This document shows, in pieces, positions 50,508 to 64,000 of a stretch of DNA of 64,000 nt. The stretch comes from Octopus vulgaris. Taxonomy: Eukaryota. Each line of letters begins with the position of its first letter. Positions within the stretch are counted from its first letter, which is position 1. The notes beneath the pieces were generated by a model that had not been told where the DNA came from, searched no databases, and saw only the letters and a list, made by a program, of their open reading frames with translations. The stretch spans positions 101,742,001-101,806,000 of the forward strand of contig OX597822.1 of NCBI GenBank assembly GCA_951406725.2, written 5' to 3'. Position numbers and translations under genes: made by a program.

Positions 50508-50800
50508 GTGAAGACGCATGGCTTAGTGAATAAGGTGTTGCACTCACGATTGCAAGATCGTGGGTTCGATTCCTAGACCGGACGTTGCGTTATATTCTTG
50601 AGCAAAGCACTTCATTTCACGTTGCTCCGCAATCCTTTCGTCATTTGACATGTGGCACATGGTATACCTGTACAGGTAATATCGATCTGATGGAAGGAGT
50701 GAGCTTATGTGTACACAAACATTTGATCGCTATAAACAATTCATCTACGTTGTTGTCCATCAAGAAATTACCGAACTTTCATACATCGTCTAACTACGAT
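50508..50800 (+). mobile_element. tRNA-derived CORE-like SINE, back-to-back with the preceding copy
   Basis: TGGCTTAGTG..GGGTTCGATTCC..CTTGAGCAAAGCACTT. Confidence 0.72.
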
Positions 50801-50921
50801 AGATTCCATTATATATTTATAGAAGAGTCCTCTGTTCTTTTAGCATAAATATAATTGCATAATGGTAGCTTCGGTCAGTTTTTCTTAATGTACATATTCA
50901 TAATGTACATATTCTCAATGT

Positions 50922-51316
50922 GTGGAGGCGCAATGGCCCAGTGGTTAGGGCAGCGGACTCGCGGTCATAGGATCGCGGTTTCGATTCCCAGACCGGGCGT
51001 TGTGAGTGCTTATTGAGCGAAAGCACCTAAAAGCGCCACGAGGCTCCGGCAGGGGATGGTGGTGTTCCCTGCTGTACTCTTTCACCACAACTTTCTCTCA
51101 CTCTTACTTCCTGTTTCTGTTGTACCTGTATTTCAAAGGGCCGGCCTTGTCACTCTCTGTGTCACGCTGAATATCCCCGAGAACTACGTTAAGGGTACAC
51201 GTGTCTGTGGAGTGCCCAGCCACTTAAACGTTAATTTCACGAGCAGGCTGTTCCGTTGTTTGGGATCAACCGGAACCCTCATCGTCGTAACCGACGGAGT
51301 GCTTCCAGAATCCTCC
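50922..51316 (+). mobile_element. SINE family S1, full length
   Basis: TSD ATTCTCAATGT at 50911-50921 and 51317-51327. Confidence 0.92.
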
Positions 51317-51359
51317 ATTCTCAATGTACATATTCAAAGTGCTCTACCCTTTGGAATAT

Positions 51360-51920
51360 CCACTGTAATGTATGTGGCCGAGCATTATCCTGCTCGAACA
51401 TCTTTCGTTTTGAAACCAAAGATGGTTGTTTTTCCTCCAGTGCAGGTGTCAATGAATGGTGGAATGAACAAATGCAAGCTTCTCTGCTAGTTCCTACGAT
51501 GGATTTTGTTCTACTCGAGTTTTCAGGACGTCCTCGTCGAGCTCTACAGATCTTCCAGGATGAGGCTCGTCTTCTAGGCTGTAGTTTCCGGCTCGGAATT
51601 TCTGGAACCACTGTTGATACTGACTTACTCTTATGGTCCGCTCCCTGTATACTGCATTAATATTGCTCACAATTTCCATTTTGTTGTTGCCTTTATTAAT
51701 CTCATAAAACAAAGTATGCGGAATATGTTCCTTCGTCACTTCCATGGTAACTTTGAAAAAATAACTGTTGAATTCGAACTACACTCTTCAAAATTTGCAC
51801 TAAGAATAAGTAAAAGTATCTTGCTTTTATAGCAAGTTGATGCAGGTAGTTTTCCCATCCCCCTACAACTTCTAGTTCATGCAATTGAAAAAACTGCATT
51901 ATTTATGGGATGACCCAATA
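51360..51920 (-). mobile_element. Internally deleted mariner element (5' TIR, N-terminal HTH, DNARPH remnant)
   Basis: Minus-strand end TATTGGGTCATCCCATAAATAATGCAG; MEVTKEHIPH..WFQKFRAGNYSLEDEPHPGRS; QDNARPH; homologous to 42550-42950. Confidence 0.85.
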
Positions 51921-51939
51921 CATACATATATATATATGC

Positions 51940-51975
<36 letters not shown>

Positions 51976-52011
51976 TATCTATGTATCTATGTATCTATGT
52001 ATATATGTATC

Positions 52012-52060
<49 letters not shown>

Positions 52061-52609
52061 CTATGTATCTATGTATATATATATATATATATATACACAC
52101 CTGTAAGGGTGTACGTTTGCGCCTGCCTATATAAAAGGAAGTAATTTTGAAGTTATGAAGTTCGATACTAGATCTTTAATTACTTCATAGTTTAAATATT
52201 TAACATGCGCCAACATATTTAAAATCGATTATTACGTCTGTCCACACACTGAAAGCAATTGTATCAAAGACTTTTTTTTTCTATTCTCGCTCTTTTTTTT
52301 CCCCTTTTTCTATTCTCACTCATTTTCTTGCTTTATTTCTATCCTTTTTGTACGATACCGAGCCAAAATGAATAGAAGTCAATTATTTACGCGGGACTAA
52401 GTGTAAATGCAAAATATGAAGAAACAGCTAGATTAACTGTAAGTCTATAGAATCAAGAACTGATTTATCTATGAACAAGAAATTCACTGCAGCTCTCAAT
52501 CATGGCAGCTCACAAAATTAACTTATTGGTAAAGCCCAGTACACAGCTTTGCATATTTGCCTTCATATACGTATAATATATGCGTGTGTATACTTGAATA
52601 AATATGTAT

Positions 52610-52663
<54 letters not shown>

Positions 52664-52668
52664 ATATA

Positions 52669-52704
<36 letters not shown>

Positions 52705-52964
52705 TGTATGTATGTATGTATGTATGTATGTATGTATGTATGTATGTATGTATCTATGTATCTATGTATGTATGTACGTATGTATGTTTGTATGTATGTA
52801 TGCACAAGATTATGTATGTTTGCGTACGTAAACCATTGAGGCATAAATCCATATAAGCACCTATTTACCACTGTAAAGTTACAAATTTTTCATATCTTCT
52901 ATATACACTGTGTTTAGAGCACAGGCTTCTAAACAAACTCAGCGTAATATCTACACATATCTAG

Positions 52965-53001
<37 letters not shown>

Positions 53002-53183
53002 GCGCGTGTGTGTGTAGGGAGAGGGAGAGGTACATGTATATCTGCATCTGTCATTACATCTATATTTCTGCTTTTTTTACATGAATATATAACTGTATCT
53101 GTTTGCTGTTGTATACATATTACGTGGGTTGGCAAGACATGCGCTTTATTAACTTTTTCTGCATGCATATTTACCAATATTTA

Positions 53184-53300
<117 letters not shown>

Positions 53301-53568
53301 AGCGTTTATATGTATCTATGTATCTGCCTGTATTTACGTGTATGTGGGTTATATATTTTGCACCCCCATCAAGAGATGGAGGTTGGATTTCGGAACGTAC
53401 TGGGGAGCATTATGTGGCTGCTTTCAAATTGAAAGGATATGAACCTGCGAAAGTAAATATCACCGGACATATAAATTGTATTTCTATTGATTTCAATGGT
53501 CGTATCACTTTCATTTTCACACTTATTCAGTTGTATATGAGCATGTAGTTCTCCCTATATATATCATC

Positions 53569-53635
<67 letters not shown>

Positions 53636-53640
<5 letters not shown>

Positions 53641-53776
53641 TAGTAAAGAGTGAAAAAACTACAGAAGGCTTGTTTTAAAAGGTTAAAAAATATATTTGAG
53701 TCATTATGACTCAAATATATATTTTTTAACCTTTTAAAACAAGCCTTCTGTAGTTTTTTCACTTTTTACTATTTTC
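53636..53776. repeat. Near-perfect 141-bp palindrome
   Basis: Arms 53636-53704 and 53706-53776 are reverse complements apart from one mismatch and a 2-bp AT indel; 1-nt centre. Confidence 0.92.
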
Positions 53777-53816
53777 TATATATTCAACCACGTGCTTTCA
53801 CACACCAACTTTCTCA

Positions 53817-53904
<88 letters not shown>

Positions 53905-54377
53905 CATGCATATATATATATACATATGTATATGTATACATAGATGCATACATACATACACATGTATATATGTATGTATATTTACTACATAAATGCGGGT
54001 CTATGTGATTATATATGTGCGATTTTCCCCGAAAGGCTCTGAAATTGTGCGTCCTCGAGAAACACGAATTTGATTTTCGAAATCTCCATCCCGGGGAGCT
54101 GATTTGTAAACAATTATAAAAAAACATGATTTTCTACGAGAAATAATTCAACTTTTACTTCGACGACTCCCGTACTCTCTTTCTATCACCATCAACTTGT
54201 CCCTCTCTATATAAATTCACCAACACTCTTTCTCTCTCTCCCCCTCTTCCCCCTCTCGCTCTCTGTATATATGCATTAACTCTCACTCATTACTTTCATT
54301 TTGTTTAAAACTTCGTCTTCTAATGTTTCGTTAATTTTCTCACAATTCTCACATACAAATCCGTTTTTCAGACCTCT

Positions 54378-54782
54378 CTTTTACTCTTTTACTCTTTTAC
54401 TTGTTTCAGTCATTTGACTGCGGCCATGATGGAGCACCGCCTTTAATCGAGCAACTCGACCCCGGGACTTATTCTTTTGTAAGCCCAGTACTTATTCTAT
54501 CGGTCTCTTTTGCCGAACCGCTAAGTAACGAGGACATAAACACACCAGCATCGGTTGTCAAGCAATGCGAGGGGGACACAGACACACATGCATAGGTATA
54601 TATATATATACATATATACGACGGGCTTCTTTTCAGTTTCCGTCTACCAAATCCACACACAAGGCTTTAGTCGGCCCGAGGCTATAGTAGAAGACACTTG
54701 CCCAAGGTGCCACGCAGTGGGACTGAACCCGGAACCATGTGGTTGGTTAGCAAGCTACTTACCACACAGCCACTCCTGCGCC
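54378..54782 (-). mobile_element. SINE family S2, full length
   Basis: Minus-strand head GGCGCAGGAGTGGCTGTGTGG; same body/tail as 1320-1733. Confidence 0.9.
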
Positions 54783-56658
54783 TCTGTAAATACTTTCTAA
54801 AGTTTTTTTTCTAGAATAAATGAAAACCAAACTCGGATTCACCGTGAAAAAGTACGTTAATATATCAAATTTGAAAATATTCATTAAATTTTAAAATTTC
54901 AAAATCTGTGACAACAACAGAAAACGTCTCTCTCAATATTTGTCTCCCTCGTTCATTTTTCGTTTTTCTCAAGGTAAACTTACCCCTGTCTATATATATC
55001 TACCAAACTCTCTCTCACTCCCTGTTAAACTATATCGCTCATGCTGAGCGTGTGGGTGGGTGTTTGTTAGTGTGTGTGTGTGTTAGCAAGCGCGTGTAAA
55101 AGGAATTTCTTTGCAGCATAAGAGTGATTTTAAAAAGTTATGTTAAGGCTAATTTATTTTAATAGAAAACTGTTCTGTTAGTAAATATATTTTTCATACA
55201 CACACGCGCGCATATACACACACACATACACACACACACATACACAGACACATACAGATACACATACACACACACACGAACAACACACACGCGGACCTGC
55301 TTGATGTAGGTTGGGGGTGAAAAATTGAAATTATAAAATATTTTGTTGTTGCTTAAGTTCCAGCAGTGGACAATCATCATTCTATAAAATGTGTTTATAG
55401 CGAGAAAAACATTGAAAAACATCTATATATGTCAGTGCGATAAAGAAACGAGCAAGGCTCCAGGTTTTCGTGGGATGTGCCAGAGGCAACAGCTAAATCT
55501 CCCTCGAATCACACACCTTTTCGTCTGAAAATGATTTTGAAATTATAAATAGAAGCAAATTGCATATTCGGACTATGATTTAGAAAATTTTGAAAACATG
55601 CGAAATTTTAGGATTTATGAACAGAATTAAAACAGATTTCATTATTGTTTTTAAATTGTTTTATTTTATGTTTGAAAATAAAGGATGTGGAGAATGTAAT
55701 GGTCATCGCCGATTTCCAAAAATATTTTCTTTGACCCTTCAAGGCTTCTCCGTTTTTAAGTGCTTAGTGGAAAAAGTGGCCAAAATAAGGTACTGAGTAG
55801 AGGAGTTGAGTTTGAAAAATTTATAAAATTTTAAAATTCTTTTTTTTTCTTTTTTATCGAAAAAGTATCTCTCGTTGCTTTAAAGTGAATAGTGCAAAAA
55901 AAAAAGGACAAAATCCTCCGGATGGCAAGGAATTCTAAATGAGAATCCCGGACCTTTAAGTAGATCAAAGTGTAATTTTTCAAAGCCTAGTCTTTGATGG
56001 GCTACGAGTGTGTAATCTTCAGATGTTGTGTACAACTGTTGGCTTAAAATCAGATAAAATTAATTATATGAGCTACGAAGAACTTCTTTATAAAGCCAAT
56101 TCGAAATTTTCTCTGCGTAAATCAAGTTTCAAGAGTACATGCAGATTCTTCATTCTGTGTGTTAATTTAAGAACAGTGATTGCTACTTGTAAGTCAAACC
56201 AGATATTATCCTAGCATTTACCATGTGGACACAGGCACCTCGTATTTACGTGGTGGTTACTAAATCCTTAACTGGCCTTGAATAAAGTTGCGTAGAGTGC
56301 TGGATACAAACGCAATTGTTAGTTTTCTTAGCTGCAGAAACGTACGTCGGACAAATTTAAACCAAACATGCTATAAAATTGACTGTAGAAATGAAAACAA
56401 ATATGCAGATGTGTTAATGCCCGTATTAATTGTAATTTTTGGGGATATATATCCACAATAAACTACTCATAATCCAGCGAAACGAACCCAGGATTTACCA
56501 ATCGGATGAACTACAGTGTGATTACTCACCATAAGTATTCCTAGGATCTCCTTACAACTTGACGCGGTTAGCTTGAAATCGGATTACAACCGAGTGCCCG
56601 CACGGTATCGGCCTGGACCATAAACCCACGAGTACTCATGTATATGTATATGTGTATG

Positions 56659-56735
<77 letters not shown>

Positions 56736-56739
<4 letters not shown>

Positions 56740-57045
56740 AGGCGCAATGGCCCATTGGTTAGGGAAGCGGACTCGCGGTCGTAGTTTCGCGGTTTCGATT
56801 CCCAGACCGGGCGTTGTGAGTGTTTATGGAGCGAAAACACCTAAAGCTCGACGAGGCTCCAGCAGGGGGTTGTGGCGATCCCTGCTGTACTATTCCGTCA
56901 CAACTTTCTCTCAATCTTTCTTCTGTTGGCCTGCTCGCTTAGCCAGCGGGGTGGCGTCATTTAAAGTCTAAAAGAATGCGAAGCGCATTGTGACCAGCGA
57001 TGTGTAGCAACATCTGATGGTCTGGTCGGTCATGGTGAAATCACG

Positions 57046-57050
<5 letters not shown>
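56736..57050 (+). mobile_element. SINE with an S1 head and an alternative 3' tail
   Basis: Matches S1 to ~56915, then unrelated tail ..GCGAAGCGCATTGTGACCAGCG..CACGGTGATATA. Confidence 0.82.
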
Positions 57051-57114
<64 letters not shown>

Positions 57115-57127
57115 GTATGTATGTATG

Positions 57128-57200
<73 letters not shown>

Positions 57201-57204
<4 letters not shown>

Positions 57205-57385
57205 GGAATTTACAAAAAATAAACAAAATAAAAGACGAAGACGGGTGTGTAAACAGCAAACAGAGGTATTAGTTTTATGGCTCGGGAAATGAGAAAGACG
57301 TTTCGAGCCTAGCTCTTCAACAGAAAGGATCACAGAAATAAACAGAGAGAAAATAAAAAACAAAATGTTTAGTGGCTAGCGATGT
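57201..57385 (-). mobile_element. Penelope-like terminal fragment in (TA)n, second copy
   Basis: Minus strand CTTT-CTGTTGA-A-GAGC-TAG-GCTC-GAAAC-GTC; colinear with 38829-38988. Confidence 0.6.
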
Positions 57386-57409
57386 ATATATATATGTTTA
57401 TTCACTACA

Positions 57410-57580
<171 letters not shown>

Positions 57581-57590
57581 TGGTATATAT

Positions 57591-58082
57591 GTAACATATG
57601 GTATCATTATGAACAGGGCAAATTTTAACCATTTTTCTGCCGACTGAAAAAAAATGACATACAACCTTAATCGATTTTCGAAATTTAGTGGGTTCTCATT
57701 TTGACAGTCTGCAGAGAAACACGCAACCAAACAGTTTATATCCTCAACAAATGTAGGAGTTACTCTATGAAGGAGTCCCTAATTTGCATACCGAAAGTGT
57801 TTAACACTCTATAAATACCAACGACCTTTCAATAGGGATCTTAGTTCATACAGTATCAAGGTATGATATAATAAATAGGTAACATGGTATAATTATAAAC
57901 TGGGCACATTTTCCCCATTTCTCTGCAGACTGAAAAAAAATGACGAACAACCTTAATCGATTTTCGAACTATATTGGGTTCTCATCAGAAGAGTCCATAT
58001 AATTCTGAGAAACAGGTAGCCAAACTGAATATATACCCAACAAATACATCAATTACTCTATGAAGGAGTCCCTAATGTACAT
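57591..58082. repeat. Diverged direct repeat, two ~200-bp copies about 290 bp apart
   Basis: Shared GACTGAAAAAAAATGAC, ACAACCTTAATCGATTTTCGAA, TGGGTTCTCAT, TTACTCTATGAAGGAGTCCCTAAT. Confidence 0.85.
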
Positions 58083-58645
58083 ATATATTTATTCAACGGG
58101 CTTCTTTTAGTTTTTGTCTCCCAAACAGTTTTTGTCTACAGACAAAGTTTAAGACACTTAGCCAAGATGTTTATATATATGTATATATATATGTGTGTAT
58201 GTGTTTGTTATTTGTGTGTGTGTGCGCGTCTGTGTGTGCGTCTGTGTGTGCGTGTGCGTGCGTGTGGGTGTGCATGTGTGTGTGTGTGTGTGTGTGTGAG
58301 TGAGTGTGAAATTGTCGGCACCGATGTCTGTATGAAACCATTGGTACAGCATTTTAACTGTTTGAAGGCAACTGAAGGGACAATGTTTGTGCCGTTGGAT
58401 TTGTTGGTTCAAAACATCTAGAAATACTTTCGCATTTGATATGAATACATAAATGGAAGTGAATATGTTGTTGCAAAGTGGGTGCAATGTGGACAGTGAA
58501 TATGGATATTTTTTGTGATCCTACTGCTCACAAAACCATCATGTCTGATCTTTGGAGGAAAGGAGAAATCAGCAACATTTTGGAGACCTCTTACGCAAAG
58601 AACTAAATGAGTCGATGTCTGTAGGAAAGACGAGAGAGTCTAGTG

Positions 58646-59270
58646 CAGGGGTTCTCGACCCTTTTTACATCTACTGACCCGTTTGATTATTATTTTACCC
58701 TGGTGGACCTCCACAGCCATTCGAAGTTTAAAAACTATTTTTATAAATGCTTCTTTCAAAATTCCTTTTTTTTTTACATATTAACGTGGGTCCGTTGAAC
58801 TGTGTAAAATGTTAGTGAAAGAAACCTAACTCTTTCTTGCAATACATACTAATAAATAATTAAATGCACCCTTTTAAAGCCTAGCCAGGCTCATGGGCCC
58901 GGTTTCCCGGTTTCAATGGTGTATGTGTTCCCCAGCTGGACGGGATGCCAGTCCATCGCAGCGTTACTCATTTTTGCCCGTTGAGTGGACTGGAGCAACG
59001 TGAAATGAAGTGTTTTGCTCACGAACACAACGCGTCCCTCGGTCCAGGAATCGAAACCACAATCTTACGATCATGATGCTGACACCCTAACCACTAAGCC
59101 ACGCGCCTCCACAATACGTACTAATACATACAGATAAAGCAAAAGTTTTTCAGGAGCACTTTAAATACTGTTATGGAACCCCAGTTTACTATTTTGCTTG
59201 CGTGGGCCACCCCACCCCAAATCTTATATGGACCATCAGGGGCCATATAGACCCCGGTTGAGAACAACAG
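58646..59270. mobile_element. hAT MITE with a nested SINE
   Basis: Ends CAGGGGTTCTCGACC / GGTTGAGAACAACAG; 8-bp TSD GTCTAGTG at 58638-58645 and 59271-59278. Confidence 0.9.
58855..59112 (-). mobile_element. tRNA-derived CORE-like SINE inside the hAT MITE
   Basis: Minus-strand head GTGGAGGCGCGTGGCTTAGTGG..GGTTTCGATTCC; TSD AATAC(A/G)TACTAATA at 58841-58854 and 59113-59126. Confidence 0.88.
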
Positions 59271-59677
59271 GTCTAGTGACTGTTCCAAGCACGAATGTAT
59301 CCTTTGCAGTTCGGAAGACGAAGACTAGCATGGTGCTGTATAAACGATGCCTAATTTGAAGTGGTGGTAATTTTCTGCTAGTATCTGTACTACTACAGTG
59401 CATCCATGAATAAAACACTTGTATTACTTAGGGCAGTGTGTTTATAGAGAGGTAGACACATCAAAGCCTCGCTTCAGTTACACGCTGAGCTGTTTCTGAC
59501 AGATCCGGAGTGAAGTGTATTTGTTGCCAGAACCACATAACATAGAACTGGGAGAGCTCCGAGCTAAATCGGAAGGCTGTAACTTTGTATGTTAACGAGA
59601 ATTATACATCACAATGTGTGTGTGTGGTGTGTGTGTTTGCATGTGTCTGTGTATTTGTATGTATGCAAGTACATATA

Positions 59678-59730
<53 letters not shown>

Positions 59731-62054
59731 TTGTATTTGTATACTTATGTATACATTATGCATTATATCTTGTGAAGTAGGTTTTTATGTATTATCTAGA
59801 AAATAATTAGTTTTCTTTCTACGCATTCGCACACACAAGCGCATACACGTATACACATGCACGTGCGGTATACACACATACATACATATAAGTTTTGATG
59901 ATTCAATGAAAGAAAGTAGCATCCACTAGATGTAGTTGGAGTTGTAGCTATTTAACAACCGGTTGACTAAACTTTCCTCTACTTGAAGATTCTTGGTGCA
60001 GAACGTGTACACGTCTCAGGTGCAGTTGTATCAGAGGAGATGTAAACAAAATTTCAATGTCGTTTCCGAACTGACCAGCATTGCAACACAATTTTCCTTT
60101 CCTAGTCACTCTGTCTTTCTTTCTTTGAAGGCCAATGGGATTTCCTATATTGCGAAAGAATCACAAATTTTTATTGAACATTATATTAGATTGTTCAAAT
60201 AACATTAGCATTGATGGAGTTGGAATGGGTCCTGACAATTTATCCGGCATCGTATGGGCAATTTTAATTTGTATTTGTTGCTGTTGTTATTTGCTAACCT
60301 CACTTCAACCATAATCTAAAGGACATTGAACCTTCAAGAAATAATAGTTTCCATCTCACCCTCAAATCACTCACCTTAACGCCTTATGTACGTATATTGT
60401 ACTCCTGCACATTACTATGAAATATTAATTTTAAATTTTGGCAGAAGACCAGTGATTTTGGGGTGGGGCATAAGTCGAATACATCGACCCCAGTATTCAA
60501 CTGGTACTTATGTTATTGATCCCCGTAAGGATGAAAGGTAAAGTCGATTTGGGCGGAATTCGAGCCCAGAACGTGAAGACGAACGAAATGCCGCTAAGCA
60601 CTTTCCGGCGTTCAACGATTCTAGCAGCTCATGCTAACGATTCTGCTATGAAATATTCATAGCTGATAGTTAATCAACAATATCCAATCAAATGAGTCAT
60701 TCAAAGGACCATCTCGTCTGCTGTTGTATATCAAGGACTACTCTATCAAAGTATGATTATACAAATAGGTAAGATCTGATTTGATATGGGATTTGGCTGA
60801 AATTTCTTGATGGCAGGTCGAGTGACCATGTAGTGGCGTCCCTATTCGATCGTCTTCAATACGTTTTTAGACATTATGATTTTTCTCATATATTTCAATA
60901 ATCTTTAGCATTTCAGGTTACTTACTACATTACTGTCAGGTAATTTATTTTGGAATCACCGTAACAGTCTTCCTTGCTGTAGTATGTCAGAACTCACAAA
61001 CTGGTGAACGGAATTGAAGCGACAGGCCAATAATTTAAGATCACCAATGCAAAGCTAATCCATGCTGTGAAAGTTACAACAGGAAATAATTATATTTATT
61101 TTTCAACTGTTGAGGGTAATTTTCAGAGATAATCGATTTATTTCCATGTAGAAAGGAAGTCTTTCCGTAAACATTAGTCTTGTCCTTCGTTCCAAAAGTT
61201 GGCGATAATAATATTAGGTTTCAATGATCTTGGTTTTATAGAAAAGCATACACTCTCGATTACGCTTATATTCACATATACATTTACATCTGTGTGCATA
61301 TGTGCGTACGAATATTTCCGTAATATTTTCACAAGAGATTTTAGAAAAACAAAAGCAACAAACGTGAACTTATCTGTAAAGTCTAGTTATTGAAATGGCT
61401 ATGATACTGGTTTCTTTAAAAAAAAAGAAACAAACAAAGAATGTAAACATAAGGAAAAAACAACATACTCTTCACCATGTCATCAATATTAATGATTAAC
61501 GCTTTGATAACGCGTGTTTATTCGAGAAACTAACTGAAGTAATTGTATAGTAAATATATGGTAGATGTAAATGACAGCTCATCACAAATATCTGTGCTAA
61601 ATAATGGTTTCTGATTTAAGCACAAGGTTGACAATTTTTTAGGGGAGGGTTAGTCAATACTATCGATCGTAATATTTGATTGATACATTATTTTAGCGAC
61701 TCTGAAAAATGTGAAATTGTCTCCTGCGGAATTTGAACTCAGAAGGCCGGCAATTTTGAGTGAAGGTGGTGTCGTTCTTTCTACTTGAATGATCCTTGAT
61801 CTTTTTGACCCCGCAAGAATGAAAAATAAAGCTGGCTTCCGCGGCCCAGAACATAAAGAGTTGAACGAAATACAGTAAAGGATCGATATAATATAATACA
61901 ACAACCAGCCAAGCCTTCTCTACAGATCTAAGCAGTGGTGTCATCTATGATTAACTGTGACTATGAGCACTGTTGTATCTCAAGTAAGTTAGTGAGCCGA
62001 AGCTCATCTAGCACCAAGCAATGAGCACAAAAGTTGAGCTCAACATTATAAACT

Positions 62055-62400
62055 CTCTCTCTTTACTCTTTTACTCGTTTCAGTCATTTGACTACGGCCA
62101 TGCTGGAGAACCGCCTTTAGTTAAGCAAATCGACCACATGACTTATTCTTTGTAAGCCTAGTACTTATTCTATCGGACTCGTTTGCCGAACCGCTAACTT
62201 ACGAGGACGTAAACACACCATCATCAGATATCAAGCGATGTTGGGGCGACAAACACAGACACACAAACACACATATATATACATATACATATATACGACG
62301 GGCTTCTTTCAGTTTCCGTCTACCAAATTCACTCACAAGGCTTTGGTCGGCTCGAGGCTATAGTAGAAGGCACTTGCCCAAGGTGCCACTTGCCCAAGCT
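62055..62400 (-). mobile_element. SINE family S2, head truncated
   Basis: Colinear with 54378-54710; short duplication CACTTGCCCAAG at the break. Confidence 0.85.
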
Positions 62401-62747
62401 ATTGAAACATGAAAAGTAACGTTTCATCATACAGTGATGAATTGTTAAACGAACTCTGAGATGCAAGTTTGTAGTTTAATGCGACGAATTGCCTAGGGTT
62501 AAATGCTTTAGGGATAGAGAAAATAAAGAAACTGCATAGCGACTTGTTTGTTTCCTTCCGCCATGGTTATCTGATCATTCAGCAATAATTATTTAAGTGC
62601 AAAACCAGAACTATAAAAGTAACCCTACTTAATTTTGAACCAATGTCAAGAATTTGACGTTCAAAACAGATAAGATTTTACGACATCAGTATAATCTGAA
62701 AGAGAGAGTGAGAGGGGATTGGGAGAGAAAGAGTGGAAGAAGGACAG

Positions 62748-62935
62748 GAAGAGCAGATGTTACCCTAATAGAATTCAGACAAGAAAATATTATTTCAATG
62801 TAATTCGAAGGAGCAGATATGACATTAATATAATTGCAAGGAGCATTTATTAATCCGATATTACTGGAGACAGCAGATGTTAATCCAATATAATTAGAGA
62901 GGGCACATATCACTCCGATATAAACGGAAGTTATT
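62748..62935. repeat. Degenerate 30-bp minisatellite (~6 units)
   Basis: Units such as GAGCAGATGTTA..C.AATATAATT recur every 30 bp; minus frame gives 10-aa repeats. Confidence 0.7.
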
Positions 62936-63004
62936 GGATAACCAGCTGAAAGGTCATTAGTTCGTGTCCTGTCACCAGCAATGACAACAGGCATAACTCT
63001 GGAA

Positions 63005-63420
63005 AAGGCGGCGAGCAGGATGAGTCGTTAGCACGCCGGGCGAAATACTTAGCGGTATTTCGTCTGCCGCTACGTTCTGAGTTCAAATACCACCGAGATC
63101 AACTTTGCCTTTCATCCTTCCGGGGTCGATTAAAAAAGTACCAGTAACGCAATGGGGCCGATATAATCGACTTAATCTGTTTGCTTGTCCTTGTTTGTCC
63201 CCTCTGTGTTTAGCCTCTTGTGGGTAGTAAAGAAATAGGTATTTCGTCTGCCGCTACGTTCTGAGTTCAAATTCCGCCGAGGTCGACTTTGCCTTTCATC
63301 CTATCGGAGTGGATTAAATAAGTACCAGTTACCACCTGGGATCGACGTAATCGACTTAATCCGTTTGCCTGTCCTTGTTTGTCCTCTCTGTGTTTAGCCC
63401 CTTGTGGATAGTAAAGAAAT
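63005..63420 (+). mobile_element. SINE S3 dimer: one head plus two bodies
   Basis: TSD AGGCATAACTCTGGAA at 62989-63004 and 63421-63436; internal junction GAAATAGGTATTTCGTCTG. Confidence 0.92.
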
Positions 63421-64000
63421 AGGCATAACTCTGGAAGGAACATTCCCCTTAATTATAAATAGGTTATCACCAAGTATTCACTCTAAGTTTAAACGCTTAC
63501 AGTGGCAAGTTCAATTTCGCACTCAAACACAAAAGAAATTCGACCTGCGATATACAGGATACTGTTTAGAAATAACTGCTTTAAACGTTTTTCTGTTGTC
63601 ATGGTAACGAAATATAAAATCAATAAGTAAGGTGACTTATAGAATGACATTGTTTTTAAAAGACGTCATCTTAGATGAAAAGCTGTTTTCGTCTCAACAG
63701 TAAAGTTTATTTATAATCTCTGAAATGTAGCACATAACTTTCCATAACCAAGGTCACTGCCACTTTAAAAACGGAAGGATTTAATGTTCCTTAAAGGAAT
63801 TCTTGCGTTATAGTGATAACGAAAGCGTCAACACCATCAACAATGGAAAACATCAGCAATAAATAAAACAAAGTTTTAAGCAGATTCCAAAATTTTGAAC
63901 TACATTAAGTGACGGAAAGTGATTTTAATTCATGAAGCAACAAAACAATATGAAACCAAATAAATAGTTATTTTCTGATTTAGGCTCAAGGCTAGCAATT

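Noticed and set aside
56520-56640. Minus-strand exon ending at a GTGAGT donor
   Set aside because: All three upstream frames contain stops within ~110 nt and no acceptor is visible

Overview
AT-rich, microsatellite-dense eukaryotic DNA with no recognisable host protein-coding gene. The SINE families and repeat style suggest an octopus/cephalopod genome (inference). The dominant structure spans ~4.1-26.3 kb: 26 co-oriented (+ strand) segments of R4/Dong-type non-LTR retrotransposons (restriction-like endonuclease, RLE), nearly all separated by (AAT)n tracts. They come from at least four coding lineages (here A, B, C/D, F) plus a non-coding 3'-anchored element (E). From 10.5 to 25.6 kb a C-D-F-A cassette is tandemly repeated four times, and different later insertions occupy individual (AAT)n slots. 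The rest of the window holds: tRNA-derived SINEs (many with clear TSDs, including a one-head/six-body multimer), a pogo fossil inserted in an RTE LINE fragment, two hAT MITEs with 8-bp TSDs, a Tigger-like MITE containing a composite Helitron that carries a mariner fragment, (TA)n-embedded Penelope-like termini with minimal hammerhead-like motifs, a 141-bp palindrome and many compound microsatellites. Most ORF-track entries are microsatellite artefacts. All family names are from motif recognition by eye; no database search was run.
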